Origin: Gammaproteobacteria bacterium
GTDB lineage: Bacteria > Pseudomonadota > Gammaproteobacteria > Burkholderiales > SG8-41
NCBI GenBank assembly: GCA_041483135.1
Contig: JBGPFE010000020.1
Coordinates: 349 to 64,348, forward strand
Length of the DNA stretch: 64,000 nucleotides
Reading direction: 5' to 3'
Shown here: positions 35,266 to 45,096 of the stretch, in pieces
Layout: each line of letters starts with the position of its first letter
Numbering within the stretch: position 1 is the first letter of the stretch
The notes under the pieces: model-generated
Database searches by the model: none
What the model saw: the letters and a program-made list of their open reading frames with translations, nothing else
What the model was told of the DNA's origin: nothing
Made by a program: the position numbers and the translations under genes

Positions 35266-37272
35266 TTACTCATTCGCGACGGCATCGAGGCGCGTAGTCA
35301 GGCGCAAGTCGATCGCGGTCGCCAGCATCCACCCGTCGCGCACTGCCGTCAGAAAATCGCCGATCTGGTTGCAATCGCCTGCCAGCACGTACTGCGCGCC
35401 CGCGCGCTCGACTTCCGGCACGATGTCGCGGTTGGGCAGCGGCCTGATCGCGGCGATGATCATGTCGCCGGCGTCGATCGGCTCGCGCTTGCCGCCGACT
35501 TTCGCCCAGACCGTGTCGCCCTCGATCGATTCGACCGGGGCGTTGGTCAGCACCCGCGCGCCGCCCTTCTCGAGACGGTCGAGCACGTCGTAGCGATTGT
35601 TGCGCGCCATTTCCCTGGCGACGACCGACAGACCCTCGATCACGGTCGCCTTGACGCCGCGATAGTGGATCAGCGTGTCGGCCGTCTCGATCCCGACCAT
35701 GCCGCCGCCGACGATAGTGATGCGCGCGCCGCGCGGCACGCGCTCGCGATCGAGCAGCACGTCCCAGGCCTGGAGCACGGGAAGATCGGTCTGCACCGGG
35801 AACGGCAGGGGCCGGGACTTGGCGCCGGTTGCGACCACCACCAGGTCGGGGCGGAAATCGCGGATCGACTGCGCAGTCGCATTGACGCCGGTGCGCACCG
35901 CGACGCCGAGACTCTCGATCTGCTGCCAGCGATAGGTCCAGATGCCGGCGACATCGGCCTTGTCCGGGGCGGCGAGGGCGAGCGGCATCTGGCCGCCCGG
36001 CTTGGCGGCCTTCTCCCAGATCTCGACGTGGTGCCCGAGCCCCGCGGCGACGCGCGCTGTCTCGATGCCCGCGACACCCGCGCCCAGCACCAGGATACGT
36101 TTACGGTCGCCTGCTGGCCGCGGCGATGTGCCCTTGCGCAACTGCGGCTCCGCGTTCTCGATGCGCTCGAACTCGGTGCCCACCATCGGGTTCGCCACGC
36201 AAGAGACGTCGCGCTCCAGCGTCAGGCGCTCGAAACACACGTTGCAGGAAATGCACTTGCGAATTGGCGTCCTGATCTCGCGGAAGGCCTTGCGCGGCCA
36301 GTACGCGTCCGCCACCAGCGCGCGGCAGACTGCGACGAAATCAGCGCTGCCTGCCTTCAGGATGCCCTCGGCGTCCTCCGGATCGATGATGCGCCCGGCC
36401 ATGATGGTAGGGATGGCGAGCGCCTTCGCGATGGGCCGCGCATAAGGCTCGAGGAAGCGGCGCGCGAAGGAAGGCGGCTGGATGCAGTAGCGCGACAACT
36501 GCGGGCTCTCGTTGGTCCCGCCCGACATGTCGATCGCGATCACCCCGGCGCGCTCCAGCGCCCGGCACAGCGCGATCATGTCCTGCTCGCTGTAACCGCC
36601 TTCGCAGTACTCGGTCGCGCTGATGCGCACCATCAGCGGGAAGCCGGGCAACTCGCCGCGGATGAGCGCCACGGTTTCCAGCAGGAAGCGCATGCGGTTC
36701 TCCAGCGGTCCGCCGTAGCGGTCTTCGCGCTGGTTGATGCGCGGGCTGAAGAACTGCTGGAACAGATAGCCGTTGGCCGCGTGCAGTTCAACGGCGTCGT
36801 AGCCTGCGCGATGGAGCCGGCGGGCGGCATCGAGAAAAGCGCGCTGGATCGCCTCGATCTCGGGAATAGTCAACGCGCGCGCCGGCTCGCCGGTGTTGGG
36901 ATTGTGCCAGTCCGATGCCGACACCGGCTCCATGCCGAGCACCGAGCGCTTGAGCAGCGCGCCGCGGTGGTTGATCTGCCCGACCGCCAGGGCCCCGCCC
37001 GCGTGGATCGCCGCCACGATGCCGGCGAGGCCCGGGATGTAGCGGTCGTGGTAGAGGCACATCGAGTTCGTGTGGTTGCGCGCGCCCTCGCTGATGACCA
37101 TCGCCTCGGTGATGATCATCGCGGCGCCGCCGCTGGCGCGCTCGCCGTAATAGAGCTTGTCGCGCTCGGTCGAGAGCCCGTCGGTGGTGCCGTAGTTGGT
37201 GCCCATCGGTCCCATGATGATCCGGTTGCGCAGCCGCAGCGGGCCCATCCGGCCTGGTTGAGCGATCAGCAT
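35266..37272 (-). CDS. NADH:flavin oxidoreductase / 2,4-dienoyl-CoA reductase-like (OYE TIM barrel plus FAD/NAD(P) domains)
   Basis: N-terminal OYE domain (LRNRIIMGPM...HGANGYL), a Cys cluster CISCNVCF, then GAGVAGIE and GGGMVGIE dinucleotide motifs. Start taken at MLIAQP. Confidence 0.85.
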   Translation of the reverse strand: MLIAQPGRMGPLRLRNRIIMGPMGTNYGTTDGLSTERDKLYYGERASGGAAMIITEAMVISEGARNHTNSMCLYHDRYIPGLAGIVAAIHAGGALAVGQINHRGALLKRSVLGMEPVSASDWHNPNTGEPARALTIPEIEAIQRAFLDAARRLHRAGYDAVELHAANGYLFQQFFSPRINQREDRYGGPLENRMRFLLETVALIRGELPGFPLMVRISATEYCEGGYSEQDMIALCRALERAGVIAIDMSGGTNESPQLSRYCIQPPSFARRFLEPYARPIAKALAIPTIMAGRIIDPEDAEGILKAGSADFVAVCRALVADAYWPRKAFREIRTPIRKCISCNVCFERLTLERDVSCVANPMVGTEFERIENAEPQLRKGTSPRPAGDRKRILVLGAGVAGIETARVAAGLGHHVEIWEKAAKPGGQMPLALAAPDKADVAGIWTYRWQQIESLGVAVRTGVNATAQSIRDFRPDLVVVATGAKSRPLPFPVQTDLPVLQAWDVLLDRERVPRGARITIVGGGMVGIETADTLIHYRGVKATVIEGLSVVAREMARNNRYDVLDRLEKGGARVLTNAPVESIEGDTVWAKVGGKREPIDAGDMIIAAIRPLPNRDIVPEVERAGAQYVLAGDCNQIGDFLTAVRDGWMLATAIDLRLTTRLDAVANE

Positions 37273-37577
37273 TTCAGTTCGATCGTAGGGTTCTGGTTGG
37301 AAACGGGAAACGCAATTCAACCGCGACGTGCGAATTCCCGTCGTGAAACATGCCCGCGGCATTCAACCGTATCACGTACCGGCATGCATTATAGATGCTG
37401 ATCGTATCGATGGGGCCGGAGTACCTTTGGCGATGTGCAAAGCTCGTCCGGTGACGATCGAAGCAATGTTACGGCGTCCGGATGCTGTGGCTTTCCGTCA
37501 TCCCGCTATTTATTCTGATCTGCGCAGTGCCCCGATTTCTCCGACCAGACAGTATTCCTGCCGCGATTACCGGCCGG

Positions 37578-38282
37578 TCAACCGCGTGGGTTTCGGCGTC
37601 CCGCCGGCGGGAGCTTCGGCGGTTTCGCGGGCCTTTGCGGTCCCCACACGCGACTGTAATACGTGTCCGCAAGCTGCAATGCGGCTACCGGATTGTGGCC
37701 GAGCACGCGGTCCTTGGCGACCAGGACCGTCGTCAGCCCCTTGGCATACTTGAAGAACAGGCTATCGTGGCCGATGCACAGCCCCAGCACGACATTGAAC
37801 TCGCAGCCGTGGGCATTGAGCATCTCGGCCTGGGAGATCGGATTGCAAAGCGCCTCGAACTGGCCGGGGTGGACTTTTTCCCGGTCGGCGATCCCCAGCT
37901 CTTCCTTCGGAATGCTGCCGTTCTTGCACGCAACCGACACCACCTCGAAGCCGTGGCTCTCCAGAATGCCGCTCAGCACATGCGCGTGATCGACGAAGCT
38001 GATGCAGTTCGCGATGCCGATTTTTTTGTAGCCCATGCGCTTGGCGAACTGGACGACCTCCTCGACCCGCGTCCACTTGCAGTAGCCTTCGGATTCGACC
38101 AGCGCCGATTCGCGCGAAATCCGGCGCGTTTCGGGGTCATCGTACAGCGCGCGGGCGACGGTCTGGCTGTCGGGATCGACTTTGGTCGGGCAAAAACCAG
38201 GGCCGCGCTCCTCGGCTTCCCCCTGGCGGCATGCGCGCACGGTCGGCGGACAGTACGCGCATGCGGGATCATCGTATTTCAT
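37578..38282 (-). CDS. DUF1847-type Cys-rich metal-binding protein
   Basis: MKYDDPACAYCP...FCPTK...LCIGHD layout. ATG at 38282 within the longer ORF. Confidence 0.55.
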   Translation of the reverse strand: MKYDDPACAYCPPTVRACRQGEAEERGPGFCPTKVDPDSQTVARALYDDPETRRISRESALVESEGYCKWTRVEEVVQFAKRMGYKKIGIANCISFVDHAHVLSGILESHGFEVVSVACKNGSIPKEELGIADREKVHPGQFEALCNPISQAEMLNAHGCEFNVVLGLCIGHDSLFFKYAKGLTTVLVAKDRVLGHNPVAALQLADTYYSRVWGPQRPAKPPKLPPAGRRNPRG

Positions 38283-38547
38283 GGCCACTCTTCCCGTGAA
38301 TGCAACGGATGCGTCTAGGCTAGAGGATTCCATGCGGGAAACCATGATCCAGATCAAACACCGGGGCATTGCAGGGAACGACCTGTCCAGTCTGGAAGCC
38401 GTCCGGATTGTGTGGCCGGGATTTGCCTGTGTTGCGCCATCCGGTCCTTGAACCGGACCGGAATAAATCGGACAAACCGCTCGGGGTGCTTTGTTTTCCC
38501 AAGCAGGCTTCAGCCTGCTTCCCGCCATTCCCGCGGCGCTGGCGGAA

Positions 38548-39444
38548 TTACGCCGGAACCGCGATGCCTTCCTGCTCGCAGGTGTTGGCGACGTCGCTGA
38601 CCGTCGCGCGGCGCATGTCGCGGACCCATCTGAGATCGTTGTATTCGGTGCCGCGGTGCAGCGTGCAACGGTTGTCCCACATCACGAGTTCGTCCGGCCG
38701 CCAGCGGTGAGTGTAGACGAACTGGCGCTGCGTCACATGCGCGATCAACTCGTCGATCAGCGCGCGGCCTTCGGCGTCCGGCATGCCGAGGATGCGTCCC
38801 GCGTGCGACGCGACGTAGAGCGATTTCCTGCCGTTCTGCGGAATCGTGCGCACGAGCGCCTGCGGCACGGGCGGTAGCCGTCTTGCCTCGTCTTCCGTGA
38901 AGTGCGTGAACCCGCTGCGTTGGCGCGAGGTGGCGATGCAATGCTCGGCGACGAGTCCACGCAGTTTTTTCTTCATTGCGTCGGGCAGCGCATCGTAGGC
39001 CGCGCGCTGGTCGGCGAATTCGGTGTGGCCGCCGAGCGGCGCGACTGTGCGCGCATACAGCAGCGAGCACAGCCCCGGGCGGAACCTGAACGAACTGTCG
39101 GTATGCCACAACCGGTTGCCGGCCTTGTACATGCGCTGCCGGCTGTCCTGCGACCAGATCTCGCCCTGCGGGTCGAGGTTCGAGATGTCGGCGAAACTGT
39201 TGCTGAACCGGCTCGGCGCCGTCTTCGGATCGAGCACCCGCTCGGACTCGATCGGCCCGAACTTTTGCGCGAACGCAAGGTGCTGTTCCGCCGTCAGCTC
39301 CTGTCCCGGAAAAATCAGCACCGCGTATTGCCAGAATGCGGCCTGAATCGCCGCGAAGTCGGCCGCCGCGAGCGGCCCGGACAGATCGACGTCGCCCACC
39401 TCGGCCGCGAAGCCCGGAGTGATGGGACAAACCTCAATGCTCAT
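38548..39444 (-). CDS. TauD/TfdA-family Fe(II)/2-oxoglutarate dioxygenase
   Basis: WHTDSSF (HxD) and distal H/R motifs (TLHRG); 298 aa. Confidence 0.85.
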   Translation of the reverse strand: MSIEVCPITPGFAAEVGDVDLSGPLAAADFAAIQAAFWQYAVLIFPGQELTAEQHLAFAQKFGPIESERVLDPKTAPSRFSNSFADISNLDPQGEIWSQDSRQRMYKAGNRLWHTDSSFRFRPGLCSLLYARTVAPLGGHTEFADQRAAYDALPDAMKKKLRGLVAEHCIATSRQRSGFTHFTEDEARRLPPVPQALVRTIPQNGRKSLYVASHAGRILGMPDAEGRALIDELIAHVTQRQFVYTHRWRPDELVMWDNRCTLHRGTEYNDLRWVRDMRRATVSDVANTCEQEGIAVPA

Positions 39445-39495
39445 GGGTGCTTCTCCTGCCCGATTGCATCCGGGATATTATCCGCGCCGCGCAGG

Positions 39496-39702
39496 CTACT
39501 TGTCCGCATCGCCGGCTTTCTCGGCACGGCTCTGCGCCTGCTGCATCGCCTGGTCGATCTTCTGTTGCGCCTGCTCCATCGTTTTCTTCCCTTCCTCCAC
39601 TTCCTTCGCCTTGATGGCCGCACCGGTCGCCGCGGTGGTCGCGGTTTCGACGCCGCACCCGGCAAGCGCCGCGAGCGCGAACACAATGATGAGGTGCTTC
39701 AT
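39496..39702 (-). CDS. small lipoprotein (68 aa)
   Basis: Lipobox LAGC after the signal peptide, followed by a charged helical tail. Confidence 0.55.
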   Translation of the reverse strand: MKHLIIVFALAALAGCGVETATTAATGAAIKAKEVEEGKKTMEQAQQKIDQAMQQAQSRAEKAGDADK

Positions 39703-39786
39703 GGATGATCTCCGTTAAAAAACGAGATGTGGGGCGGGGTCAAATAAATATTTTACGCTCTCCCGCTCTCGCGTTGTGGCGCCGCG

Positions 39787-40758
39787 TCAGTCGATCTTGA
39801 GATTCAATGTCCTGACGATCCGTTCGTTTCTCTGCATCTCAACCCGCAGGAAAGCATCGAACTCGTTCGGGCTCATCGCGGCCGGGGCAAGGCCCTGCTT
39901 GCCCAGGAGATCCTTCACTTCGGCAAGCTGCAGGGCCCGCGCGATCTCCGCACTCAGCCGTTCGACCACATTTTTCGGCGTCGCTCCGCGCACCACCGCG
40001 CCGAACCAGTTGAGCGATTCGAAGCCGGGGTAGCCGGATTCCGCCACCGTCGGAACGTTCGGCAAAGTGTCGGCTCGTGTGAGCGAGGTCACGGCGACGC
40101 CGCGCAGCCTGCCAGAGGCAATGTGCGGCGCGCTTTCCACGACGTTCGCGACCAGCATAGTGGTGTGTCCGCCCATGACAGCCGTCGCCGCTGGCGCACC
40201 GCCGTTATATGGCACGCTGACGAGACCGATCCTCGCCGCCTCCTTGAACAACTCCGCCGCGATGCGTTGCCCGCCTATGATGCTGGCAGTCCCGAACGTG
40301 AGCTCGCCCGGACGGGCGCGCGCGAGCGCAACCAGGTCCTTGACCGATTTCACCGGCAGCGACGGATGCACGGAAATGACCAGTGGATTCGATGCGATGC
40401 GGGTGACACCGGCGAAATCTTTCAAAGTGTCGTACGGCAGCTTCGAGCGCACGAAAGGATTGATCGTGAAGCTGGGGGCCATCAACAGGAGCGTATGCCC
40501 GTCGGCGGGCGCCCGCACCACGAGTTCCGCGCCGATCACGGTGTTGCCGCCGGGACGGTCCTCGACGATCACGTTCTGACCCACAGCGCGGCTCAACGGC
40601 GGCGCAAGCGTGCGCGCGAGTATGTCCACCGCCCCGCCGGGCGCGTAGGGGACGACGAGCCGCACGTTCCGCGAGGGAAATTCCTGCGCGACGGCCACGC
40701 CGATGGGGAGCGCCGTCACCGGCGCAAGAATCAGCATGCACAAAGTTCCGCCCTTCAT
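39787..40758 (-). CDS. Bug/TctC-family periplasmic solute-binding protein
   Basis: SD AAAGGAGA. FPSRNVRLVVPYAPGGAVD, EDRPGGN, PADGHT, SVPYNGG. Confidence 0.85.
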   Translation of the reverse strand: MKGGTLCMLILAPVTALPIGVAVAQEFPSRNVRLVVPYAPGGAVDILARTLAPPLSRAVGQNVIVEDRPGGNTVIGAELVVRAPADGHTLLLMAPSFTINPFVRSKLPYDTLKDFAGVTRIASNPLVISVHPSLPVKSVKDLVALARARPGELTFGTASIIGGQRIAAELFKEAARIGLVSVPYNGGAPAATAVMGGHTTMLVANVVESAPHIASGRLRGVAVTSLTRADTLPNVPTVAESGYPGFESLNWFGAVVRGATPKNVVERLSAEIARALQLAEVKDLLGKQGLAPAAMSPNEFDAFLRVEMQRNERIVRTLNLKID

Positions 40759-40831
40759 GGTCTCCTTTCGATATTGAAGGATGAAGAAAATACTTGGCTG
40801 CGTTCAGCGGCGTTCATCGGCGGTTCCAGCT

Positions 40832-41836
40832 TCACTCCATCGATATCCGCGCGGCCTTCACGACCTTGGCCCATTTTTCGATTTCGGTGTTGAAGAGCGC
40901 CCTGAACTCGGCGGGTGTCGTTCCCGCAGGTTCGATCCCGAGCGCGCTCCAGCGCTCGCGCAGCTCGGGCGATTTCATGATCCGGGTCGCTGCAGAGGAA
41001 ATTTTCGTAACCACGCTTTTCGGCGTGCCGCGCGGCGCGAACAATCCGTACCAGACGTCGACTTCGTAGCCGGGCACGCCGGCCTCCGCGATCGTCGGCA
41101 CGTCGGGCAGCGCCGGCGAACGCTTGAGCCCGCTCGTGCCGAGCGCTTTGACCTTGCCCGCCTTGATCATCGGCAGCTGCACGGGTATGCCGCCCAGGTA
41201 CAGCGTGATCTGGCCGCCGATGAGGTCGTTCTGCGCCTGCGGGCCGCTTTTATACGGCACGTGCACGATGTCGGCGTGCGCGAGCAATTTGAACAGCTCC
41301 CCCGCCAGGTGGTCCGAGCTGCCGTTGCCGCCGCCGGAGCCGAAGCTCAACCGCCCGGGTTTCGCCTGCGCGAGCGCGACGAGTTCCCTGACCGAATTGA
41401 CGGGCGAGGATACATTCACGACCAGCACGTTATTCCTGGAGGAAATCTGGGTGACGGGCTCGAAATCGCGCAGTGCATCGTACGGCAGCTTGCGGAACAC
41501 GGCACGGCTGATCGCAAACGAACTCGACGCAAAGAGAACCGTATAGCCGTCGGGTACTGCCTTGGCGACGAGGTCGGCGCCGATGGTTCCGCCCGCGCCC
41601 GCGCGATTGTCGACGATGACCGGCTGGCCCCAGCCTTCGTTCAGCTTCTGCGCGAGCACGCGGCCGACGATGTCCATGCTGCTGCCCGGCCCGATCGGCA
41701 CCACGATGCGGGCCGGCTTGGCGGGAAAATCATCGCCATGCGCGGCGCCGCCCGCGGCAAGCAGAACTGCATATGCCAAGTGCTTAGCCATTGAACTCAC
41801 GTTAACGCGTGCTTGACGCATTCTATCGGCGCTCAT
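40832..41836 (-). CDS. Bug/TctC-family periplasmic solute-binding protein
   Basis: FPAKPARIVVPIGPGSSMD, DNRAGAGG, VPDGYT, HVPYKSG. Alternative start at 41791 (MAKHL). Confidence 0.85.
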   Translation of the reverse strand: MSADRMRQARVNVSSMAKHLAYAVLLAAGGAAHGDDFPAKPARIVVPIGPGSSMDIVGRVLAQKLNEGWGQPVIVDNRAGAGGTIGADLVAKAVPDGYTVLFASSSFAISRAVFRKLPYDALRDFEPVTQISSRNNVLVVNVSSPVNSVRELVALAQAKPGRLSFGSGGGNGSSDHLAGELFKLLAHADIVHVPYKSGPQAQNDLIGGQITLYLGGIPVQLPMIKAGKVKALGTSGLKRSPALPDVPTIAEAGVPGYEVDVWYGLFAPRGTPKSVVTKISSAATRIMKSPELRERWSALGIEPAGTTPAEFRALFNTEIEKWAKVVKAARISME

Positions 41837-41866
41837 CTGCGTTTATCTGCGTTCATCGGCAGTTAC

Positions 41867-42835
41867 CTAGTCAGGCCGGGCGCCCGAAGCCTTGAACACC
41901 TTGCCGCGCATGACGATCTCGTCGCGTACTAGCTGGTCGAATTCACCTGGCGTCGTCGGCTTGGGCCTTGCACCCTGGCTCGCGATGCGTTCCGTGACGT
42001 CCGGCAGCCTGAGGATGCGGCCGACTTCTCCGGACAGCGCGTTGATGATCTTACGCGGCGTCCCGGCCGGCGCAACCAGCCCGTACCATCCGTCGTATTC
42101 GAATCCGGGCAGCGCCGATTCCGCGATCGTCGGCACGTCCGGCAGCAGCGCGAGCCGCTCTTTGGTGGTCACCGCCAACGCCAGCAACCGTCCGCTCCTG
42201 ACCAAGGCCATCGAAGGCAGCACCGGCGCAACGAAATACTGAACGCGGCCGGCAATGGTGTCGGTGAGCGCTTCGGGCGTGCCCTTGTAAGGCACGTGAA
42301 CGACATCGATCCCGGCGGCCAGTTTGAACAGTTCGCTGGCGTAGTGCGTGCCGCTGCCGATGCCCGAGGAACCGAAATTGACCTGTCCCGGTTTCTGCTG
42401 CGCGAGCGCAATTAAGTCCTTGACCGTCTTTACCCCGAGGCTGGGTGAGACCACCACCAGCAGCGGGGTGCTCGCGACCTGAGTGATCCCCGTGAAATCC
42501 TTGAGCGTGTCGTATGGAAGCTTGGCATAGAGCGCCGCGGTTCCCGCAAACCCTGACGAGGTCAGCATCAGCGTATGCCCGTCCGGAGTGGCGCCTGCGA
42601 CGATGACGCCCGCCACCGTGCCGCCCGCGCTCGGGCGGTTATCGATCACCACTTGCTGGCCCCAGCTCTCGTTGAGCTTCGGCCCGATCAGGCGCGCGAG
42701 GATGTCGGTTGCGCTGCCGGCAGTAAACGGCACGACGACCCGGATCGGCTTGCTCGGATAGGATTGCGCCGCCGCGCCCGCTGCGACGATCAGTACCGCG
42801 AAGCTTGCTGCGACCAGCCTGCTCAGGAAATGCAT
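41867..42835 (-). CDS. Bug/TctC-family periplasmic solute-binding protein
   Basis: SD GGGGAGGG. YPSKPIRVVVPFTAGSATD, DNRPSAGG, TPDGHT, HVPYKG. Confidence 0.85.
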   Translation of the reverse strand: MHFLSRLVAASFAVLIVAAGAAAQSYPSKPIRVVVPFTAGSATDILARLIGPKLNESWGQQVVIDNRPSAGGTVAGVIVAGATPDGHTLMLTSSGFAGTAALYAKLPYDTLKDFTGITQVASTPLLVVVSPSLGVKTVKDLIALAQQKPGQVNFGSSGIGSGTHYASELFKLAAGIDVVHVPYKGTPEALTDTIAGRVQYFVAPVLPSMALVRSGRLLALAVTTKERLALLPDVPTIAESALPGFEYDGWYGLVAPAGTPRKIINALSGEVGRILRLPDVTERIASQGARPKPTTPGEFDQLVRDEIVMRGKVFKASGARPD

Positions 42836-42969
42836 GTCCCTCCCCTTTCGACGACTACGCGTAATACGCGTATCGTCCCGCGCTGGATGGCGCCGGAGTC
42901 ATTGGTATCGAGAAAAGCGCGCGTCTTCTTCTATCCTAACCTTCCCCCGCGCACCGGGGAAGGCGCTGG

Positions 42970-43947
42970 TCACTCCCGGCGGATCCCGGCATCCCGGATC
43001 ACCTGCCTGAAGCGCGCAACTTCGCTGCGGATGTGGCGCTCGAACTCGGCGGGCGTGCTGCCGACGGCCTCCGAGCCGTCCGCCGCGAGCCGTTCCTTAA
43101 CGTCTGGCGATTGCAACCCTTCGGCGATCGCGCCGCTCAAGCGGTTGACGATCGCCGCGGGTGTCCGTTTGGGCGCGACCACGCCGTACCAGCCGATCGT
43201 ATCGAATCCCGGCAGCGTTTCCGCAATTGTAGGAACGTCGGGCGCGGCGTTCGAGCGCTTGAGCGAGGTGACGGCGAGCACGCGCACCTTGCCGGCGCGC
43301 GCGAGCGGCAAACCGGACGTGATGCTCGCGAACACGAGCTGCACCTGGCCTCCCGCGAGATCGGCGAGCGCCTGCGGCGGCCCCTTGTACGGCACATGCG
43401 CGACGCGGATGCCGGCAGCCGAGTTGAACAACTCCGTCGCGAGATGGTTCGATCCGCCGATACCCGTCGAGCCGTAGTTGAGCTTCCCCGGCTGCGCTTT
43501 GGCAAGGTCGATGAATTCGCGCACCGAGCGCGCGGGCAAGGCGGGCGTTACGGCCATCACGTACGGGTTGCGGGAAACGTAGCTCACTGCCGCGTAGTCG
43601 CGCACAACGTCGTAGGCGAGCTTGTCGTCGAATGCGTTCGCGACCACCTGCGCGACCGCGAGCATCATCAGCGTATAGCCGTCCGGCTGCGCCTTCGCCG
43701 CCGTTTCCGCGGCGATCGCGCCGGTCGCGCCGGTGCGGTTGTCGACCACCACGCTCTGGCCGAATGCCTCGGAGAGCTTCTGCGCGACGGTGCGCGCGGC
43801 GATGTCGGAGCCGCCGCCGGCGGTGAACCCGACGAGCATGCGTATCGGCCTGCCCGGATAGTCCGCGGCTGCAACGCCCGCAGCGGCTGCCACGGCCGCC
43901 GCCAGCGCGAGCCAGCGCGTCCGCCCTGCAACCCCGGCATGCATCAT
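42970..43947 (-). CDS. Bug/TctC-family periplasmic solute-binding protein
   Basis: YPGRPIRMLVGFTAGGGSD, DNRTGATG, QPDGYT, HVPYKG. Start taken at MMHAG. Confidence 0.85.
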   Translation of the reverse strand: MMHAGVAGRTRWLALAAAVAAAAGVAAADYPGRPIRMLVGFTAGGGSDIAARTVAQKLSEAFGQSVVVDNRTGATGAIAAETAAKAQPDGYTLMMLAVAQVVANAFDDKLAYDVVRDYAAVSYVSRNPYVMAVTPALPARSVREFIDLAKAQPGKLNYGSTGIGGSNHLATELFNSAAGIRVAHVPYKGPPQALADLAGGQVQLVFASITSGLPLARAGKVRVLAVTSLKRSNAAPDVPTIAETLPGFDTIGWYGVVAPKRTPAAIVNRLSGAIAEGLQSPDVKERLAADGSEAVGSTPAEFERHIRSEVARFRQVIRDAGIRRE

Positions 43948-43963
43948 CGGATATGCTGCCCGG

Positions 43964-44347
43964 CTATTTCGTTTTTTCCGCCGCAAACACTTCGTGCGCG
44001 CAGCGCACCGCCTCGCGCATCGCCGGCACGCCGCAATACACCGCGCATTGCAGCAGCACCGCGCGGATTTCGGCCTTGGTGCAGCCGTTGTTGCGCGCGC
44101 CGCGCAAATGCGTCTTGAGTTCCAGCGGGCACTTGAGCGCCGTCAGCATCGCGATGTTGAGAAGACTGCGCGTCCGGCGCGGCAGGTCCTTGCTCGACCA
44201 CACCTCGCCCCACACGTACTTGGTCGTGAACTCGCGCAGCGGCAGCGAAAACGAATCTTCAGTGGCCTTGAGATGCCGCTTGTGCTCTTCGCCGAGCACC
44301 TGCTCGCGGGTTTTCTTGCCTTTCTCGTACAACGCCTTGTTTTGCAT
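43964..44347 (-). CDS. carboxymuconolactone decarboxylase family protein
   Basis: VWGEVWSSKDLPRRTRSLLNIAML...EIRAVLLQCAVYCGVP pattern. Confidence 0.75.
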   Translation of the reverse strand: MQNKALYEKGKKTREQVLGEEHKRHLKATEDSFSLPLREFTTKYVWGEVWSSKDLPRRTRSLLNIAMLTALKCPLELKTHLRGARNNGCTKAEIRAVLLQCAVYCGVPAMREAVRCAHEVFAAEKTK

Positions 44348-44389
44348 TTCTCCTCCTGAGATAACCGCGTTTATCCGAGAATGATCCGA

Positions 44390-45001
44390 TCAGGCTGCCG
44401 GCGGCGCCGTTTGCCTGAATGACTCGCGCGCTTCCATGTTCTTACACAGCCGGCTGAGGCCCGGGTATTGCTCCTGCGGGAAGAACTGCGGCCTGCGCAG
44501 CGTGATGAATCCGATATGACACGCGACCGCGATGTCGGCGAGGCTCATCGCGCCGCACACGCACCACGCGCGATCGTCAAGCATCCGCTCGAGCGCGGCG
44601 AAGCCCGCATCGATCTTGCCGCGCTGCCGGTCGAGCCATGCCAGGCTGCGCTGCGCTTCGGCATGAAAGCGAATTTCGTAGAGACTCGCGGCGACCGCAT
44701 CCATGGTACCGTCGGCAAGCGCTTCCCAGCGCTTGACCTCGACGCGGGCCTCGGCATCTTCTGGAATGAATCGCGGACCCGGCAACCGGCTGTCCACGTA
44801 GTCCACAATCAGCGGCGAATTGATCAGCACGCGGCCGTCATCAAGCTTCAATGCCGGCACCTTGCCGACCGGGTTAGTCTGCTTGAGATCGTTGGATTCC
44901 CAGAGGTTGACCATTTCGACGTCGTGCCTGACGCCCTTCTCGATCAGCATGACGCGGACCTTGCGGGAGTAGGAACTGGCCGCGGAGATGTAGAGCTTCA
45001 T
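44390..45001 (-). CDS. glutathione S-transferase
   Basis: MKLYISAASSYSRKVRVML...NPVGKVPAL...SPLIVDYV thioredoxin-like GST N-domain. Start at 45001. Confidence 0.8.
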   Translation of the reverse strand: MKLYISAASSYSRKVRVMLIEKGVRHDVEMVNLWESNDLKQTNPVGKVPALKLDDGRVLINSPLIVDYVDSRLPGPRFIPEDAEARVEVKRWEALADGTMDAVAASLYEIRFHAEAQRSLAWLDRQRGKIDAGFAALERMLDDRAWCVCGAMSLADIAVACHIGFITLRRPQFFPQEQYPGLSRLCKNMEARESFRQTAPPAA

Positions 45002-45096
45002 GCCGGCGGGATTCCTGCAGGACGGCGCGGTTTCATGGCTTTTCGGGCACCACAAATGGGGCTGGCGTGGTCCATTTTAGCGTGTCCCGGATAAAT

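Noticed and set aside
35140-37401. 753-aa plus-strand ORF, with similar long ORFs at 9733-11076, 5470-6627, 43033-44118, 46174-48132 and 7732-8715
   Set aside because: All lie antisense to genes with clear family signatures. Their products are Arg/Asp/His/Ala-rich and low in complexity with no motifs. This is the classic stop-codon-poor antisense frame of GC-rich DNA.
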